Position numbers and translations under genes: made by a program
The notes under the pieces: generated by a model
What the model was told of the DNA's origin: nothing
Seen by the model: only the letters and a program-made list of their open reading frames with translations
Database searches by the model: none
Assembly (NCBI GenBank): GCA_049579765.1
Contig: JBAUOM010000621.1
Coordinates: 1 to 49,201 of the forward strand
Length of the DNA stretch: 49,201 nt
DNA from: Xanthobacteraceae bacterium
GTDB lineage: Bacteria > Pseudomonadota > Alphaproteobacteria > Rhizobiales > Xanthobacteraceae
Direction: 5' to 3'
Shown: one piece after another, positions 8,940 through 18,368 of the stretch
Layout of the letters: every line of letters starts with the position of its first letter
Position numbering within the stretch: position 1 is the first letter of the stretch

Positions 8940-9775
8940 TGGGCGGTCGCCTGAGCGGCCGCCCGGGCCAGCGCGGTGAGGTGTAGGCGCACGGATGCGG
9001 GCGTGGTCAGCCCGGCACGCTGCAATAGCTCGGCCGCTGCTTTCTCGTCCAGTCGGACTGCGCCTCCCGGTTGCGGGATTCCATTGAATATCGCACGCGC
9101 GTCATCGACGACGATGGGTCGTCCCTGCGTTGCCCCGATGACAGCGCGAAATTGGTCATGGTCGGGATCGATCAGCACCGCACCGGTTGCGAGCGCAAAC
9201 TCGCCTGCCTTGCGGCACACCTTGTAATATCCGCACCGCGCCGCGCGGGAAGGGCGCGGAATGTGAATGGATTGTAGAAGCTCTCCAGGCTCGAGAGATA
9301 TTTCGAACGCGCCCGTGACGAACTGCTCGACCGGAACGTACCGGACACGGCTGCCATCGGTGACGATGCACTCAGCGCCGAGCGCGCACAGCGACGGCAG
9401 CCAGTCTCCTGCCGGATCCGCGTGACAGATGCTGCCGCCGATGGTGCCGCGGTTGCGCACGGCGCGATAGGCGATACCGGCGGCAACCGTCTTCAGAATG
9501 GGCAGCCCCTCGAGGCGCACCCGCTCATCCTCGATGTCGGAGGTGGTGACGCAAGCCCCGACCGTGATCCCACCCGCGCCTTCCTCGATATGTGTCAACT
9601 CGGGAATGGCGGTTATGTCGATCAGAATCGTCGGCTGCACTAGGCGCAGGTTTAGCATCGGGCCGAGTGATTGGCCGCCAGCCACTGCTTTCGCGTCGCC
9701 GTTCGCTTTGCGCAGGATGGCTGCAGCATCGCCAAGGCTCGTCACGCGGGCGAACTCGAAATTCGTCGGCTTCAT
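8936..9775 (-). CDS. Molybdenum hydroxylase FAD-binding medium subunit (CoxM-like)
   Basis: AVAGGQSLGPMLNLR and RNRGTIGGSICHADP motifs. ATGA overlaps with both neighbouring genes. Confidence 0.9.
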   Translation of the reverse strand: MKPTNFEFARVTSLGDAAAILRKANGDAKAVAGGQSLGPMLNLRLVQPTILIDITAIPELTHIEEGAGGITVGACVTTSDIEDERVRLEGLPILKTVAAGIAYRAVRNRGTIGGSICHADPAGDWLPSLCALGAECIVTDGSRVRYVPVEQFVTGAFEISLEPGELLQSIHIPRPSRAARCGYYKVCRKAGEFALATGAVLIDPDHDQFRAVIGATQGRPIVVDDARAIFNGIPQPGGAVRLDEKAAAELLQRAGLTTPASVRLHLTALARAAAQATAQ

Positions 9776-12123
9776 GGCGGCACCACTCCGCGTGCTGTTG
9801 CACTAGCTTCAATCGCCTCCAGGATTCGTTCGGGCGTGAGCGGGAGATCGTGCACTTCGGCGCCGACCGCCCGTAACGCGTCGTTGACCGCCGAGACGAT
9901 CGCTGCTGGCGGTCCCACCGCACCGCCCTCGCCGATGCCCTTCGTGCCGAATTCGGTATGCGGTGAGGGCGTCTCCATATGCAAGACTCGGACATCCGGC
10001 ACTTCGGCCGCGCCTGGAAGAAGATAGTCGAGCATGGTCGACGCCAAGGGCTGGCCCTGGGCATCGAACGACACCGCTTCCAGCAGGCACGTTCCAATTC
10101 CCTGCGCCGTGCCTCCTTGCACTTGGCCATCGACAATCATCGGATTGACAAGCTTGCCGCCGTCTTCGATGACCACATAGTCGAGGATCTCGATCAGCCC
10201 TGTGCCGGGATCGACCGCGACGAGCGCGGCATGCGTCGCATAGCTGAAGGTCCCAGCGTCGCGCTCTGGTCGATAGCCCATGGTCACTTCCAGGCCGCGT
10301 TGATCGACGTCAGAAGGAAGGTTCTGCGGTTGCAGATACCAGGCGCGCGCGACGTCACGTAACGTGATGCTCGCGCCGCGCCCGACCACGCGGCCGTCGG
10401 CAACGTGCACCTCTGCGGGGTCGGCTTGCAGCAGCCATGCGCCGATGCGAGCGGTCCGCCTGGCCAACGCGCGCGATGCCTGCGCGACGGCTCCGCCCGC
10501 CATGACGATCGACCGCGAACCCCAGGTCCCGGTCGAGAAGGGGCTGTAGAGGGTGTCGCCTTGCAGCACCTTGATGCGGTCGAAGTCGATCCCAAGAATT
10601 TCGTGCGCGATCTGCGCCAGGGTCGTTTCGTGCCCCTGGCCATGCGAGTGGGTGCCGACGCGAATCTCGAGGCCTCCATCCGCTGTCAACCGCACGGTCG
10701 ATTGCTCATATCCAGGCACGACAGGACGGCCCCATCCTGCCAGCACGGCGGTTCCCATCGCGCCTTGCTCGCAGAAGATCGAGAACCCGGCGCCGATGAG
10801 GCGTCCGTCCGCCTCGCCCCTGCACTGACGCTCGCGGATGGCGGGCAGAGCGATGGCTGCTACGGCGCGGCGCAGGGATTGCGGGTAGTCGCCGCCATCG
10901 AACTGCTTCTTCACCACGTTCTCGAACGGCATCTGTTCGGGACGGACCAGATTTCTCAGCCGCACCTCGTAGGGCTCGATGCCGGCTTGGCGGGCGATCG
11001 CGTCCATGATGACTTCGATCGCAAGGCACACGCCGGTCCGTGCTACGCCGCGATAGGGAAGGATGGGGCACTTGTTGGTCGCGACCGCGGCGGAGCGACA
11101 GCGGTAGGTATGAAAATCGTACGGCCCGGGCAGCAGGCTCGCCACCTGCGCCGCCTCGAGCGCGGATGAGGTGGGATAAACGGAATAGGCTCCGGCATCG
11201 ACGTTGGCGACGCAATCGAGCGCCAGTAGCCGCCCGTGTCGATCGGCATAGCCGGTGATGCGATAGTGGTGCTCGCGACAATTGGCATTTGCGCTCAGAT
11301 GTTCGCGACAGTCCTCGAGCCAGCGTACCGGCGTTCCGTGGTGGATCGCCAGCCACGCCAATGCCACCTCTTCGCGACAGAGCAGGCCCTTGTAGCCGAA
11401 GCCGCCGCCCACGTCAGGCGAGATCACACGCACGGAATCGTCTGCGAGATTCAGGCACTCGGCGATGCCGCGTTGCACGATATGCGGCATCTGGGTCGCG
11501 CTGACGACCGTGAGATATCCCAGCCTCGCGTCCCAATAGGCGAGGACGCCACGTCCTTCCATCGGGAACATGCAATGGCGCGCGGTGCGGATTTCGCGCG
11601 TGACTTTGATGGCGGCGGTTTCGGCGACACGCTCAATCGCGCCGTCCACGAAGAGCTCGATGAATACGTTGTCGGCCCATTCCTCGTGCACCAGCGGCGC
11701 GTTCGGCCGCAGTGCCGCCAGCATGTCGATGACGGGCTCCAATTCCTCGTAGTCGACGAGCACGCCGCCGGCGATGTCCTCCGCCTGCGCCCGCGAGCCG
11801 GCGACGCAGATGGCAACGAGCTCGCCGACATAGCGAACTTTGTCGACGGCCAGGATCGGTTCTGAGGAATGTTTGAAGCCGCTCAGGGCGGTGGCGGCTC
11901 GGATCGGCTTGACGTCGGCCAGATTACGCGCCGTGAAAACGGCATGCTTGTGCCGATCGGGACTGTGCACATTGCGAAGCCGGCCATGCGCGACCGTGCT
12001 TCGCACGAAGGCGACTTCGCGCGTGTTGGGAACGCGGAAATCGGCGACGTATTGGCCCCGCCCGCGCAGGAATCGGTCGTCCTCCTTGCGCAGAACGGAA
12101 GCACCGACGCCTTGGCCCGGCAT
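9772..12123 (-). CDS. Xanthine dehydrogenase family molybdopterin-binding large subunit (CoxL-like, not a bona fide CO dehydrogenase)
   Basis: 783 aa of full-length family architecture. The active-site loop reads PYRGVARTG rather than the form I AYRCSFR or form II AYRGAGR CODH signatures. Confidence 0.9.
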   Translation of the reverse strand: MPGQGVGASVLRKEDDRFLRGRGQYVADFRVPNTREVAFVRSTVAHGRLRNVHSPDRHKHAVFTARNLADVKPIRAATALSGFKHSSEPILAVDKVRYVGELVAICVAGSRAQAEDIAGGVLVDYEELEPVIDMLAALRPNAPLVHEEWADNVFIELFVDGAIERVAETAAIKVTREIRTARHCMFPMEGRGVLAYWDARLGYLTVVSATQMPHIVQRGIAECLNLADDSVRVISPDVGGGFGYKGLLCREEVALAWLAIHHGTPVRWLEDCREHLSANANCREHHYRITGYADRHGRLLALDCVANVDAGAYSVYPTSSALEAAQVASLLPGPYDFHTYRCRSAAVATNKCPILPYRGVARTGVCLAIEVIMDAIARQAGIEPYEVRLRNLVRPEQMPFENVVKKQFDGGDYPQSLRRAVAAIALPAIRERQCRGEADGRLIGAGFSIFCEQGAMGTAVLAGWGRPVVPGYEQSTVRLTADGGLEIRVGTHSHGQGHETTLAQIAHEILGIDFDRIKVLQGDTLYSPFSTGTWGSRSIVMAGGAVAQASRALARRTARIGAWLLQADPAEVHVADGRVVGRGASITLRDVARAWYLQPQNLPSDVDQRGLEVTMGYRPERDAGTFSYATHAALVAVDPGTGLIEILDYVVIEDGGKLVNPMIVDGQVQGGTAQGIGTCLLEAVSFDAQGQPLASTMLDYLLPGAAEVPDVRVLHMETPSPHTEFGTKGIGEGGAVGPPAAIVSAVNDALRAVGAEVHDLPLTPERILEAIEASATARGVVPP

Positions 12124-12280
12124 GGCTAAACTCTAACCTGCGGTGCACCGCAACGGATCGGCTTCAGGACGCCGGCACTGGGCGCCACGCGCCAGATGCG
12201 ATCTGCGCGTGCGACGGGATCACCAAAGAAGGACCTTGCAAGCCCAGCCAATGGGGGTCATCCTGACAGTGACGATTATT

Positions 12281-12296
12281 AGTATGATAGTATGAT
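12281..12296. repeat. Tandem direct repeat AGTATGAT x2 inside an AT-rich patch of the divergent intergenic region
   Basis: Read directly: AGTATGAT at 12281-12288 and 12289-12296. It lies between the minus-strand large-subunit gene (start 12123) and the plus-strand ABC ATPase gene. Function (operator or -10 region) is unproven. Confidence 0.4.
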
Positions 12297-12412
12297 TGTG
12301 CTGGGAAGAGCTCCGACCAACTCGACACAGGAATTGCTCAACCGCATCGGCGTTTGGGCGTTTCAAGCGAATGTCCATGGCTGCCGAAAGCAGGATCCAG
12401 GGGAGTCACGCG

Positions 12413-13222
12413 ATGCCATCGGCCGTCATCGCGCCGAGGTCTGAGCGAGCCCCGGACCGCGCGGGTGACGCGGCTACTGTGCGCATCACCAAGCTCAAGA
12501 AGAGCTATGGCGACCTCGAAGCGATCCGCCAGATGTCGTTCGATGTCGGCGAAGGGGAGTTTCTCAGCGTACTGGGTCCAAGTGGTTGCGGCAAAAGCAC
12601 GTTGCTCATGATGATTGCCGGACTGATCGCTTCCAGCGCGGGCGAGATCCGCGTAAAGGGTGCGAAAGTGACCGGGCCGCGCCGAGAGGTCGGCGTTGTT
12701 TTCCAAAGCCCGGTTTTGCTGCCGTGGCGGACGGTACTGCAGAACGTGCTGTTTCCCGTCGAACTGCTCAAGCTGTCGCGCGTTCAGTACGAGCCGCGCG
12801 CGATGGAACTGCTGCGCATGGCGAAAATCGATGAATATGCCGGCCTGCTGCCGCGGCAGCTGTCGGGAGGCATGCGGCAGCGTGTAGCGATTTGCCGAGC
12901 GCTCGTTCACGACCCCAGTATTCTCCTGATGGACGAGCCATTCAGTGCCCTCGATGCGATCACCCGCGACGAAATGGGGGTCGAGCTTCTGCGCATCTGG
13001 CAGGCCAATCGCAAGACGGTGATTTTCGTGACCCACAGTATCCGCGAAGCGGCATTCCTGTCCGACCGTGTCGTCGTCATGGGTCGGCGGCCCGCGACCA
13101 TCGTCGACGACCTCACCATCGATCTCCCGCGGCCCCGGCACATCGCCATGACCGAGGATGAGGCATTCAACGGCTTGGTTCGCCATCTGCGCAAGATGAT
13201 CGAGGCCAGCCATGCCGAATAA
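12413..13222 (+). CDS. ABC transporter ATP-binding protein (NitT/TauT aliphatic sulfonate/nitrate/taurine family)
   Basis: Walker A GPSGCGKST, signature LSGGMRQRV, Walker B LLMDEPFSALD. Start chosen at ATG 12413 because AGGGGAG precedes it. ATG 12371 is an alternative. The TTG at 12296 in the ORF track is unlikely. Confidence 0.9.
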   Translation: MPSAVIAPRSERAPDRAGDAATVRITKLKKSYGDLEAIRQMSFDVGEGEFLSVLGPSGCGKSTLLMMIAGLIASSAGEIRVKGAKVTGPRREVGVVFQSPVLLPWRTVLQNVLFPVELLKLSRVQYEPRAMELLRMAKIDEYAGLLPRQLSGGMRQRVAICRALVHDPSILLMDEPFSALDAITRDEMGVELLRIWQANRKTVIFVTHSIREAAFLSDRVVVMGRRPATIVDDLTIDLPRPRHIAMTEDEAFNGLVRHLRKMIEASHAE

Positions 13223-14003
13223 GATCCTCCAATATCCGGGCAGGATCGGATGGCCAGTCGTCGTCACAGCGCTGATGCTGGTGGTGTGGGAGCTTGCTGT
13301 TCGGATGTTGGGCATCCGGGCCATTATTCTGCCGCCGCCGTCGGCAGTCGTCGAAGTCATCGTGGTGCGTCACGATCTCCTACTCACGCACCTGTGGCCA
13401 TCGCTTTACCTCACGGTCCTTGGTTTTCTGCTATCCGTTGTCGGTGGCGTCTTCGTAGCGGTGTTGATCACATACTCCACCATCGTTCGAGAGGGCTTCT
13501 ATCCGGTTATCGTGGTCTCCCAGGTCATTCCGAAGATCTCGATTGCGCCGCTCTTTATCGTATGGTTCGGGACCGGAACCATATCCAGCCTGCTGCTGGC
13601 ATTCCTGGTCGCGTTCTTTCCCATGACGATCAACGCCACGATGGGGTTTGAGGCGATTGATCAAGAAATTCACCGCATGGCGCGCACGTTCATGGGCTCG
13701 CGCTGGCAGATCTTCTGGAAGATCCGAATGCCGAATGCACTGCCCTATATCTTCGGCGGCATGAAGATTTCCATCACTCTGGCGATCATCGGCGTCATCG
13801 TGTCGGAATTCGTCGCGTCGCAGGAGGGCATCGGCTACCTGATCAAGCTGGCTGGCGGCCTGCTGGATACTCCGCTGATGATGGCGGCTATCACAGTCCT
13901 GAGCATCAGCGGACTTGCGCTCTATGCCATCATCGCCAGCGTGGAACGTCGAGCCGTGTACTGGCAGCCCCCTGCGGATGCCGTCGGGGCCGGGGGAGGG
14001 TGA
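13212..14003 (+). CDS. ABC transporter permease (NitT/TauT family)
   Basis: 263-aa six-helix membrane protein that overlaps the ATPase gene end by 11 nt. Typical binding-protein-dependent permease organisation. Confidence 0.9.
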   Translation: MPNKILQYPGRIGWPVVVTALMLVVWELAVRMLGIRAIILPPPSAVVEVIVVRHDLLLTHLWPSLYLTVLGFLLSVVGGVFVAVLITYSTIVREGFYPVIVVSQVIPKISIAPLFIVWFGTGTISSLLLAFLVAFFPMTINATMGFEAIDQEIHRMARTFMGSRWQIFWKIRMPNALPYIFGGMKISITLAIIGVIVSEFVASQEGIGYLIKLAGGLLDTPLMMAAITVLSISGLALYAIIASVERRAVYWQPPADAVGAGGG

Positions 14004-14073
14004 TGACGGGCGATAGCCCGGCTCGTATCAAGGGCCACAGAAGTCCACAGACGCGCACAGAGGAGTGACCAAC

Positions 14074-15165
14074 ATGAAATTGCATCGTCGTTCCTTTCTG
14101 AAGCTTGTGTCTACCGCCAGCACCGCGGCCGCGGGCCTAGGACTTGCGGGACCCGCAATCGTGCGCGCCGCAACGCCTGTCAAGATGACGTTGCCCTGGC
14201 TGCCGCTCGGGACCTTCAGCTATGCGTTCGTAGCGAAGAAAATGGGTTTTTGGGCCAAGCGTGGTCTCGATGTGACCGTCGATCGCGGATTCGGCTCTGG
14301 CCGGGTGTGCGTGCCGGTTGACCAGGGGCAGTATGATTTTGGCATCCTCGATCTCGCCGTCATGATGAACTGCAGGGCGCGTGGACTCGACCTCGTTGCC
14401 GTTGCCGGCATCTGGCCGCGCTCACCGGTGGGTATTTTCTCCCTGAAAGAGTACGGCATCATAAAGCCGCACGACCTCGAGGGTCAGACTGTTGCCTTCG
14501 ACGTCGGCAGCGGCGACTTTCAGCTCTGGCCGGCTTTCATCAAGGCCACCGGCATTGATGACAAGAAGGTAAACAAAGTGACCATGGATGCGGCGGCGCT
14601 GATCAAGGCGCTGGTCGAGAAACAAGTCAAGGCAGAAGGGAATTTCTTTGGAAGTATTGCGCCGAGCCTGTGGGCGCAGGGCCTCGAGATTAACAGCATG
14701 CTGTATGAGGACTATGGGGTGAAGATGTTCAGCAACGTGGTCGCGTGCAAGGCCGCGACCATCGAGAAGAAGCCGGATCTGTGCGAAGCGTTCGTGGGCG
14801 GGCTGATGGAGGGGCTCAAGTACGTCTACCTGAACCCGGAAAAATCAGTTGCGCTTCATCTGGAGAGCGTCAAGGAATTCCAGGGGGGAAGTGTCGCGAA
14901 CCAGAAGGTCATTGAGTATGGCCAGGCCGTCAGCACCGCGTTGGGCGTGGTGCCTGCGGTTAGACAGCATGGCCTCGGTTATATGGATCCCGATCTCGTT
15001 GCCACGACGGCGAAGACGGTCGAGACGTTTATGGGTGTCAAGAATGTACCCCCGACGGAGACGCTGTTCACTAATAGGTTTGTAGGATCGACAAAGCTGA
15101 CCGAGCCGGAATGGGTCGAGGTCGAAAAGCGGTCGGAGAAATTTCTGCCGCGCAGGAGCTCTTAG
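14074..15165 (+). CDS. ABC transporter substrate-binding protein (NMT1/THI5-like), Tat-type signal peptide
   Basis: ATG 14074 preceded by AGGAG (14061-14065). RRSFLK twin-arginine motif followed by a hydrophobic region and the AxA site VRA-A. Confidence 0.85.
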   Translation: MKLHRRSFLKLVSTASTAAAGLGLAGPAIVRAATPVKMTLPWLPLGTFSYAFVAKKMGFWAKRGLDVTVDRGFGSGRVCVPVDQGQYDFGILDLAVMMNCRARGLDLVAVAGIWPRSPVGIFSLKEYGIIKPHDLEGQTVAFDVGSGDFQLWPAFIKATGIDDKKVNKVTMDAAALIKALVEKQVKAEGNFFGSIAPSLWAQGLEINSMLYEDYGVKMFSNVVACKAATIEKKPDLCEAFVGGLMEGLKYVYLNPEKSVALHLESVKEFQGGSVANQKVIEYGQAVSTALGVVPAVRQHGLGYMDPDLVATTAKTVETFMGVKNVPPTETLFTNRFVGSTKLTEPEWVEVEKRSEKFLPRRSS

Positions 15166-15882
15166 TCTCAACCGCCGCCATGTTATGGCGCGTGATAACC
15201 TTCGTCAGTGGTTAAATGATATGCCAGCAATACGCTCCCGATGAGAGCTGCACGACAAGTCCATCTTCATAGGCCTCCGCACGCGTTCCCTCGATCATCC
15301 ATCTCAGAACGGCGAAAGGCTCGCATCGAAGTGTTACCAAACGCTCGCCGGCGCCTATAAGGTGATCGAGTGAGGCAGCGGGATTTCATAGACTTGGTGT
15401 CCGCCAGCCTGTCGCAGGCTGCTCCACGTTCGTTCAATCTCAGGCACGAACAACTGCATGATCCGCTCTTGAATCCTGATCCCCGAGGCCATCGCCGAGT
15501 GCCTTCTATTAGTCAAAATCCGCCTCCCAGGGAATTCGGTTGCGGAGACCGGTTCGCAGTGGACTGCATCCTCAGCCAACCAGTCCGGTCAACACCTTAT
15601 TTCATGCAGGGGTCCGCGGCCGCGCTGAATGCATTCATCACGATTGGCCCCGCCCCCGCGCCGGATCGGACAATGAGGCACCACCCCGGTCCGGCGTCTC
15701 CCAAAGCCCTCCTTTGATGTCGCGTTTAAGTGCCGAATGCATCTGCACCGCGCCGGAGAGGCGAGAGCCTGGCTGGAAATCGCGGCCCGCTGCAGTTCGT
15801 GGCCGTTCCCTCCTCGCCCATCCTCCAGCCGAATCGGGTCGGCAGCCAACGCGTCGAGCAGCCGAGTGGCCGTGCAATCAGC

Positions 15883-16197
15883 TCAGTGGAAGTGTAGGGC
15901 CAGCCAAATGGTAGGTCCATTTTTCGCCGTCCACGTCACACGATGGGGACGATGTGCGGGGATCAGGACATGGTCGCCAGGACGAAGATCGCGTTCACCT
16001 TCGCCCTCGATCCACAGACCCGCCGAGCCGGCGAGGAGCAGGACCCATTCGTCGTGTCCCTGATTGTAGGGCCTGTCCGCCGGCGTGGACTGGCCGGTCG
16101 AGACGGTTCGCTCGATCCGCACGTCCTTTCCCGAAAGTATTTCGGTGAAGATCTCCTCGTCTGCGCGGGTAGGAAGGTCGGCGAAAAAATTGATCAC
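15883..16197 (-). CDS. Cupin domain protein
   Basis: 104-aa GTG-start ORF. The sequence FADLP...EEIFTEIL...VRIERTVSTG...DEWVLLLAG...GDHVLIPAHRPHRV matches the small conserved single-domain cupin family. Confidence 0.8.
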   Translation of the reverse strand: MINFFADLPTRADEEIFTEILSGKDVRIERTVSTGQSTPADRPYNQGHDEWVLLLAGSAGLWIEGEGERDLRPGDHVLIPAHRPHRVTWTAKNGPTIWLALHFH

Positions 16198-16739
16198 AAG
16201 CCCCGCCTCCGGTCTCGGGCATGGGGCAGGGAGCGCGCCATGCCGACGATCGGAACCAAAATATCGCGCCGATGCTCGGCGTTATGCCAGATGGTCCTCA
16301 GAACGCGAAAGCTCACAATGCCGTCGCAAGACCTTGGAGGTTTTTGGATTAAACATGTGATCGATCGAGCGGATTGGTCATCGACCCAGCCGCCCGCGCA
16401 ATAGCGAGCGATGGCCGGCGTGCGATCGCCGCGACGTCATCACTGCCCTCGGGGGCCTTGACTGATGGGTCGGAAATGGGTCCTAGCCTTGACCACTCGG
16501 CCAGAATGCGATCGTCCTTTCCGCGGCCAGCGTAATCCCGATGCGCGTGCCGGTCGGCCAGAGCGACACCCGTCATATCCGGGCACACGCAGCAGCACTC
16601 GTCCGGATGCACTTTCCGGCACGTCGACGTAGAAGTCGATGTGGCCGCCTTGAGCGATCCGCGATCGGAGGCCGCAAGCCAGAAGAAAGCTCGACCGCAT
16701 CGCTCACGGAATCTGCGTGAACGGCGACGCAACGGCTGT

Positions 16740-17768
16740 TCATCGCGTCTGTAAGCCGGTGCCTTGCTTTCGCCAGAGGCGATGCGCGAGGATGCCAACG
16801 GCAAAGAATGCCAGCGCGCCGGCCACGACCGGAGCCAGTCGCGCGATCGGGCCGATGGTCACGAGAGCGCTGTTGCGGGCCTCGCTTCCGAAGCTGCCGC
16901 GAGTACGGTGCAAGTCGTGAACCGGCGTCATCAGATTGTCCCTGCGCCCGGGTAAGATCGGCAGCCGTGTCTCCTGACCCTTGAACGCCGCGCCTGCGAG
17001 GTATCGATCGAGCATGCCGGGCAGCAGCATGTTCCCCAAGATCACTTTGAGCGTGCTCCAGCCGACCCAATACTCGCGTTCAGGATGAAGCGCGGCTCGA
17101 AAGATCGCGCGTGCGATGGCTTCCGGTTGCACCACAGGCGGAACCGGCCGCGGTCGGCGAGGCATGTGCGTGCGGGCCCAGTCGAACTGCGGCGTGTTGA
17201 CCGCCGGCAACTCCACGATCGTGAGCTTTATGTCGCTGCCGTCGTGGATCAGCTCGCTACGCAGGGAATCGGTCAACCCGCGAATCGCATGCTTGGCGCC
17301 GCAATAGGCCGCTTGCAGCGGAATGCCGCGGTAGGCGAGAGCCGATCCGACCTGGATGATCGTGCCGCGATTGCGCGGCCGCATGTGGCGCAGCGCGGCC
17401 ATGGTGCCGTGGACCACGCCGAGATATGTGACCTCCGTCACGCGGCAGAACTCCTGCGGCGCGATCTTCCAGACGGGGGAGAACACCGTGACCATTGCGT
17501 CATTGATCCAGACGTCGATCGAGCCGAATCGCCGTTGAATCGCGTCCGCGGCTTCGAATACCGCATCTGCATCGGCCACATCCGCCGCCGTTACGATCGC
17601 GGTTCCCCCGAGCCTTTCGATCTCATTCTTGACCTCGTTCAGGGCGTTGGCGTCACGTGCAATCAAGCCGAGACGCGCTCCAGCCCGGGCGAACCGGTGT
17701 GCGACCGATCGCCCCACCCCGGCGGATGCGCCGGTAATCACCACCGTACGGTTCTGAAGCTCGTTCAC
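16740..17768 (-). CDS. SDR family oxidoreductase with a C-terminal hydrophobic (membrane-anchor-like) tail
   Basis: TGASAGVG cofactor motif and YCGAK catalytic motif. The C-terminal stretch APVVAGALAFFAVGILA is hydrophobic. Start placed at GTG 17768 (AGAGG upstream), just before the Rossmann motif. The ATG at 17879 in the ORF track adds 37 Arg-rich residues and is less likely. Confidence 0.85.
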   Translation of the reverse strand: MNELQNRTVVITGASAGVGRSVAHRFARAGARLGLIARDANALNEVKNEIERLGGTAIVTAADVADADAVFEAADAIQRRFGSIDVWINDAMVTVFSPVWKIAPQEFCRVTEVTYLGVVHGTMAALRHMRPRNRGTIIQVGSALAYRGIPLQAAYCGAKHAIRGLTDSLRSELIHDGSDIKLTIVELPAVNTPQFDWARTHMPRRPRPVPPVVQPEAIARAIFRAALHPEREYWVGWSTLKVILGNMLLPGMLDRYLAGAAFKGQETRLPILPGRRDNLMTPVHDLHRTRGSFGSEARNSALVTIGPIARLAPVVAGALAFFAVGILAHRLWRKQGTGLQTR

Positions 17769-17924
17769 GACTGGCCTCTGAGGTCGCGGGATTCTCTGCT
17801 CCGAGAAAACGGTTGGACCCCTGGAACCGTTCCGAGCCCGCCTAACATCTCGCGCGTCCACATCGTAGCGACAGCGCACGCTTGCGCGGCTTGCGGCTCG
17901 CGCGAATCGAGGAGGCGTGTGGTG

Positions 17925-18368
17925 TCAGGCCTCCGGTCGGATGAGCGCGAGACCGGTTTCGGCATCCCTGACCTTGCGCAGATGGGTGGGACTTTCGCTG
18001 ATGATCACTTCCAGCGTCGGGCGGACATGTGCCTCGCCCAGGTGCCCTGCCATCGCGCCGCCATCGCGTTTACCCACCACGAGGTGGATGTGAAGGGCCG
18101 GCTCGCCTGACGGCGCCTGGGCAACGTCGCCGACGAGCGATGCGACCTCGACGCGCTCGCGCACGGGGATGCGCAGGTAGTCCTTTTTTTCCCAATCGAA
18201 ATACAACAGCACGACGTCGCTGAAAGCTCCGATGGCAGTCAGTTGCGCGGCATGGACACCTTCCGCCACCACGAACCTCTGCAGGCAGTCCATGACCTCC
18301 TCGCCCCTTTCGAGGACGACGGCATAGACTCGCTGACCGTGGCTTTCATGCAAGCGTCTCTGCTGCAT
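17925..18368 (-). CDS. PPC/DUF296 domain protein
   Basis: 147 aa. The pattern RVYAVVLERGEEVMDCL..F....GV.AA.LTAIGA......LYFD......Y......E..EV.SL.G is typical of bacterial DUF296 (PPC) proteins. Confidence 0.8.
   Translation of the reverse strand: MQQRRLHESHGQRVYAVVLERGEEVMDCLQRFVVAEGVHAAQLTAIGAFSDVVLLYFDWEKKDYLRIPVRERVEVASLVGDVAQAPSGEPALHIHLVVGKRDGGAMAGHLGEAHVRPTLEVIISESPTHLRKVRDAETGLALIRPEA

Noticed and set aside
7722-12123. Calling the two cox-like loci (7722-12123 and 39346-43134) aerobic carbon monoxide dehydrogenases.
   Set aside because: Neither large subunit has the form I (AYRCSFR) or form II (AYRGAGR) active-site loop. They read PYRGVARTG and PYRAVGRP. No coxD/E/F accessory genes are present. 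They are better described as XDH-family hydroxylases of unknown substrate.
155-12123. The CoxL stump (155-970, plus strand) and the intact large-subunit gene (minus strand) as a recent inverted duplication or inversion-prone repeat pair flanking a 9 kb cassette.
   Set aside because: The nucleotide sequences are clearly diverged, with frequent substitutions in nearly every codon by eye and no long identical runs. They are old paralogues, not recent repeats. No terminal inverted repeats or target-site duplications were seen.
16240-16404. A 54-aa plus-strand ORF (MPTIGTKISRR...) with a good GGAG-N6-ATG ribosome-binding geometry in the gap upstream of the cupin gene.
   Set aside because: Hand-counted GC3 is only about 61%, well below that of real genes here. 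The peptide has no recognisable features, and the opposite strand shows more gene-like remnants. It is kept as unsupported.
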